Of a DNA stretch of 64,000 bases, positions 58,558-64,000 are shown piece by piece. The stretch is from Eledone cirrhosa (lineage: Eukaryota), in the NCBI GenBank assembly GCA_964016885.1, contig CAXHJY010001024.1, forward strand, positions 6,714 through 70,713, read 5' to 3'. The stretch's first letter is position 1. Each line of letters begins with the position of its first letter. A program made the translations under genes and the position numbers. The notes beneath the pieces are model-generated. The model had not been told where the DNA came from. It was given only the letters and a program-made list of their open reading frames with translations, and did not search any database.

Positions 58558-58811
58558 TAAATCCAAAATGGCGAAGATTATAGCAAGCTATTAAAGTGAT
58601 ACGAATTCCATTGATAGATGGCGGCGTGTGGGGTGGGTTTGGTGGGGTATTGGGGTGGAGTATTTAGGGTGAGTGTTGATAGTGTTGTTGGTGTTGTTGG
58701 TGTTGTTGGTGTTGTTGCTTTTAGTGGTATTGGTGACGGTGATGATGATGGTTGTGTTGGTGGCGGTGTTGGTGTTGTTGTAATTGTTGTTGGTTGGTGG
58801 TGTTGGTGTAG

Positions 58812-59920
58812 GTAAGTAGGCAGGTAGCTAGTAGATGGATAAACTGGGTAGCTAGGTAGGTAGGTAGGTAGGTAGGTAGGTATGTATGTAGGTAGGTAGG
58901 TAGGTAGGTAGGTAGATAGGTGGGTGGGTGGGTAGGTAGGTAGGTAGGTAGGTAGGTAGGTAGGTAGGTAGGTAGATAGGTAGGTAGGTAGGTAGGTAAG
59001 TAGGTAGGTAGGTAAGTAGGTAGGTAAGTAGCTAGGTAGGTAGGTAGGTAGGTAGGTAGGTAGGTAGGTAGGTAGGTGGGTAGATAGGTAGGTAGGTAAG
59101 TAGCTAGGTAGGTAGGTAGGTAGGTGGGTGGGTGGGTGGGTGGGTGGGTGGGTGGGTAGGTAGGTAGGTAGGTAGGTAGATAGGTAGGTAGGTAGGTAGG
59201 TAAGTAGGTAGGTAGGTAAGTAGGTAGGTAAGTAGCTAGGTAGGTAGGTAGGTAGGTAGGTAGGTAGGTAGATAGGTAGGTAGGTAGGTAAGTAGGTAGG
59301 TAGGTAAGTAGGTAGGTAAGTAGCTAGGTAGGTAAGTAGGTAGCTAGGTAGGTAGGTAGGTAGGTGGGTGGGTAGGTAGGTAGGTAGGTGTGTAGGTAGC
59401 TTGGTAGGTAGGTAGGTAGGTAGGTAGGTAGGTAGGTAGGTAGGTGGGTAGGTAGGTAGGTAGGTAGGTAGGTAGGTAGGTGGGTGGGTAGGTAGGTAGG
59501 TAGGTAGGTAGGTAGGAAGGTAGGTAGGTACGTAGGTAGATAGGTAGGTAGGTAGGTAGGTAGGTAAGTAGGTAGGTAGGTAGGTAGGTAGGTAGGTATA
59601 TAGGTAGGTAGGTAGGTAGGTAGGTAGGTAGGTAGATAGATAGGTAGGTGGGTAAGTAGGTAGGTTGATAAGTAGGTAGGTAGGTAGGTAGGTAGGTGGG
59701 TGGGTGGGTAGTAGGTAGGTAGGTAGGTGGGTAAGTAGGTAGGTAGGTAGGTAGGTAGGTAGGTAGGTAGATAGGTAGGTAGGAAGGTAGGTAGGTAGGT
59801 AAGTAGGTAGGTAGGGAGGTAAGTAGGTAGGTAGGGAGGTAAGTAGGTAGGTAGGTAGGTAGGTAGGTAGGTAGGTAGGTAGGTAGGTAGGTAGGTAGGT
59901 AGGTAGGTAGGTAGGTAGGT
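58812..59920. repeat. (TAGG)n tetranucleotide tract, 1.1 kb
   Basis: Near-pure taggtagg with tggg/taag variants. Confidence 0.97.
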
Positions 59921-60315
59921 CTAAATTAATACATTCTACCCTGTTGCAAGTATTCAGATCAAGACTTCAATTATCAGATACCCACCTTCCCTCTTTCTCA
60001 ATGTCATCAGTCTAAGAGGACCTGAAAAAGGGGTCATGGGTTCTGCCCCTTCTTTCCACCCCCACCAAACCCCTTCCCTCACTGACTAAATCTACTTTCT
60101 CTCGCTGTACTTCTCCTTTTGTGATTCCCATTTCCGGAGGACGAAGAAAGAAGAAGAAGAAGAAGAAGAAGAAGAAGAAGAAGAAGAAGAAGAAGAAGAA
60201 GATGAATAATAAGAAGAAACCAAGAAGAAGAAGAAGTAGTACAACAACAAGATGATGAAGAAGTGAGAAACAACGAAATATTACAGCCAACCCACCACGA
60301 GGTAGCTAAATAGCC

Positions 60316-60608
60316 AAACCACCACCACCACCACCATCATCTCTACCACCACGATCTTCACCTTTACCACCACTACTACTACTACTACTACAACTACTAC
60401 CACCACCACTACCACCACTACCACCACTACTACTACCACTACCACCACAACCTTCACCTCTACCAACAATAAGGGACCCCCCCAAAACAACACCAACACC
60501 AACAACAACACCAACAACACCAACACCAACAACAACAACAACAACACCAACAACACCAACACCAACAACAACACCAACAACACCAAAAACAACAACACCA
60601 CCACCACC

Positions 60609-60640
<32 letters not shown>

Positions 60641-60853
60641 CAACACCACCACCACCACCACCACGAACACACCACCACCACCAACAACAACAACACCAAC
60701 AACAACACCACCACCACCACCACCAACAACAACACCACCACCACCACCACCACCACCACCACCAACAACAACAACACCACCAACAACAACAACACCAACA
60801 ACAACACCACCACCACCAACAACAACAACACCAACAGCACCATCACCATCCAC

Positions 60854-60884
<31 letters not shown>

Positions 60885-60919
60885 AACAACAACAACACCA
60901 CCACCAACAACAACAACAA
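60316..60919. repeat. (CAC/CAA/CTA)n tract
   Basis: Triplet low-complexity sequence. Confidence 0.9.
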
Positions 60920-61179
60920 GAGGGATTAACAAACCAAATAAACAAAACAAAAAAACTTACTAAATAAATATATATAAAAATAAATACCTACTTTCACTGT
61001 CATTATTGGCATTGGTTTGCCATTCGCTACTTCCGGTTCCGGCAGCTTCCGCTCGTATGAACACTGCACATCTATTCCGCCATTGTTATTTCGGTTAAGT
61101 TTTCTTTTCGGACGGATGGAGTAAAGGGGAGAAAAGCCCGTGAGAGAAGAAGGAGAGAGAATGAGATATACAATGTAAG

Positions 61180-61511
61180 GAATGGAGAAGGAAAGAAGAA
61201 AAGAGAGAAAACAATTGACAAATAAGGAAAGGAAGGAAAGTAAGAATGAGATAAAGAAGGAAAGGAGGAAAGAACGGAGGAAAGAAGGAAAGAACGGAGG
61301 AAAGAAGGAAAGAACGAAGGAAAGAAGGAAAGAAAGAAAGAAGGAAGGAAAGAAAGGAGGAAAGAAAGGAGGAAAGAAAGAAGGAAAGAAAGGAGGAAAG
61401 AAAGAAGGAAAGAAAGAAAGGAGGAAAGAAAGAAGGAAAGAAAGAGATAAACAGTGGACAACGAAATGGAGAAGGAAAGAAGAAAAGAGAGAAACAATGG
61501 ACAAAGAACTA

Positions 61512-61567
<56 letters not shown>

Positions 61568-61775
61568 AAGATAGGAAGGAAGAAAGAAAAAAGAATGAAA
61601 GAAAGAAGGGAAAGAAAGAAGGAGACAGAAACAATGGTCAAAGAAAGAGAAAGAAAGAAAGAAAGAAAGATAGAAAGATAGAAAGACGGAAAAAAGAATG
61701 AAACAAAGAAGGAGGAAAAGAAAGAAGGAAAGACAGAAACAATTGTCAAAGAAAGAGAAAGAAACGAAGGAAGAA
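61180..61775. repeat. Polypurine (GAAA/GGAA)n tract
   Basis: Almost exclusively A/G on the + strand. Confidence 0.9.
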
Positions 61776-61920
61776 TAATGTAATAGAATCTCATTCATTG
61801 CATGTGTGTGTATGTGTATGTATGTGTGTGTGTTTGTGTGTGTATATATGTGTGTCTGTGTATGGATATTTATATATATGAGTGAGTGTGTGTGTATACC
61901 AAAGCATGGCGTCTGACATA

Positions 61921-62420
61921 ATAATTGTTGGCACAAGGCCAGCAATTATCTCAGTGTATTACTGGTACTTTATTTTATCGACCCCGTGAGGATGAAAGGC
62001 AAAGTTAACCTCGGCGGGATTTGAACTCAGAACGTAAAGGGACGTAACTCTGTGCGTCAAAGCATGGCGTCCGACCCTCTACCGATACTGCCAATCCACC
62101 GCCCTAACATGGCGTCCGACCCTCTACCGATACTGCCAATCCACCGCCCTAACATGGCGTCCGACCCTCTACCGATACTGCCAATCCACCGCCCTAACAT
62201 GGCGTCCGACCCTCTACCGATACTGCCAATCCACCGCCCTAACATGGCGTCCGACCCTCTACCGATACTGCCAATCCACCCGCCCTAACATGGCGTCCGA
62301 CCCTCTACCGATACTGCCAATCCACCGCCCTAACATGGCGTCCGACCCTCTACCGATACTGCCAATCCACCGCCCTAACATGGCGTCCGACCCTCTACCG
62401 ATACTGCCAATCCACCGCCC
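61921..62420 (-). mobile_element. SINE family 1 copy whose 5' 45 bp is amplified 8 times (62063-62420)
   Basis: catggcgtccgaccctctaccgatactgccaatccaccgccctaa at 62063, 62108, 62153 and onward to 62379. Confidence 0.93.
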
Positions 62421-62549
62421 TGGTATTTACTGTAATATTAACCCCGAACGAATCTAACTTCAAACCTAGGCTATCCACAATCTTAGGTAAATACAATTCA
62501 TGAACCAACATTTAGCACTACGTTGCTGCAATGTGTGTATATGAACGCG

Positions 62550-62582
<33 letters not shown>

Positions 62583-62748
62583 TTGTGTGGCAGGGATTGC
62601 CTGTAGTAGCTGCTGTGCCCTTATTTTCTGTCTCTAAGGGTATTTTATCCGATTTTTCTAAACCTCAAGTTATTGAAGAGATTCTGTGTTTGGATTTGAA
62701 CATTTCGTATTTCATATTATACAAACTCCTCAATAAATCCTAAGATAT

Positions 62749-62790
<42 letters not shown>

Positions 62791-62791
62791 C

Positions 62792-62841
<50 letters not shown>

Positions 62842-62968
62842 ATTATATATATATATATATATGTGTATATATATGTATGTCATTTATATAACACACACAC
62901 ACACACTCCACCATTATATAAATGCATATATATGTGTTTATTTATTTTTATATATGTAAATATATATG

Positions 62969-63004
<36 letters not shown>

Positions 63005-63204
63005 TATAGATATATATATATATGCATATAGATGTATATATATATATGTGTGTGTGTGTGTGTTTGTGTGTGTGTATAATGGAGTTTGTGAGTGTCATAT
63101 GATATATATATATATATGTGTGTGTGTATATATATATATATATATAACATTTATGTAACACATATTTGTATACCGCTATGTATACACAATTCACATATAA
63201 TCAT

Positions 63205-63271
<67 letters not shown>

Positions 63272-63300
63272 TACACCCATACTTACATATATTCACAAAT

Positions 63301-63342
<42 letters not shown>

Positions 63343-63374
63343 GTACATACACCCATACTTACATATATTCACAA

Positions 63375-63437
<63 letters not shown>

Positions 63438-63479
63438 CGCACATAAATACATACTTACATACATACACACACACATCTA

Positions 63480-63513
<34 letters not shown>

Positions 63514-63793
63514 AGATACATACATAAGTACAATTGACTTATGAAATATTTTATCAGGAGATTTAACGCCATTTTAGCTAGGAAAGATAAGGGACTAAAT
63601 TCCATCACACTCCCAAGACCCTATCACATACAGGGACCCAGAACACACTAAGGGTCTCATCACACATATAGGGGACACTATCACAATACCTACCCCACCC
63701 ACACCCCACAGATTTGCGATCAGTGGTAATTTTGACAGCAAATTCATATATACATACATAAATTTCTTTCTTACCCTCCCATCTTCCACCCCA

Positions 63794-63916
<123 letters not shown>

Positions 63917-64000
63917 CAGATATAGATATATGTGTGTATATATATACATATATATATATATACACATATATAGATCTATACATATGTACATATATATATA

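Noticed and set aside
61182-61681. K/E/R-rich ORFs
   Set aside because: Translation of a polypurine repeat

Overview
Eukaryotic, AT-rich, extremely microsatellite-dense DNA. The SINE families and repeat landscape suggest a mollusc, probably a cephalopod (inference only). No protein-coding host gene can be called with confidence, and almost every ORF in the track is a translation of (AT)n, (GT)n, (CAC)n or satellite DNA. The window holds two tRNA-type SINE families, several tandem arrays built from SINE or MITE pieces, a 6.4-kb 79-bp satellite with higher-order structure, and 3' fragments of RTE-clade and Tx1-like LINEs. The main signal is about 20 type I hammerhead ribozyme motifs (CUGAnGA...GAAA...UH, intact, degenerate or half) from several unrelated short non-coding element families. 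These resemble Penelope-like element pLTRs and mostly sit in (AT)n tracts. Many are fold-back palindromes whose axis lies in or next to the ribozyme. All folds were done by eye, and coordinates may be off by a few bases.
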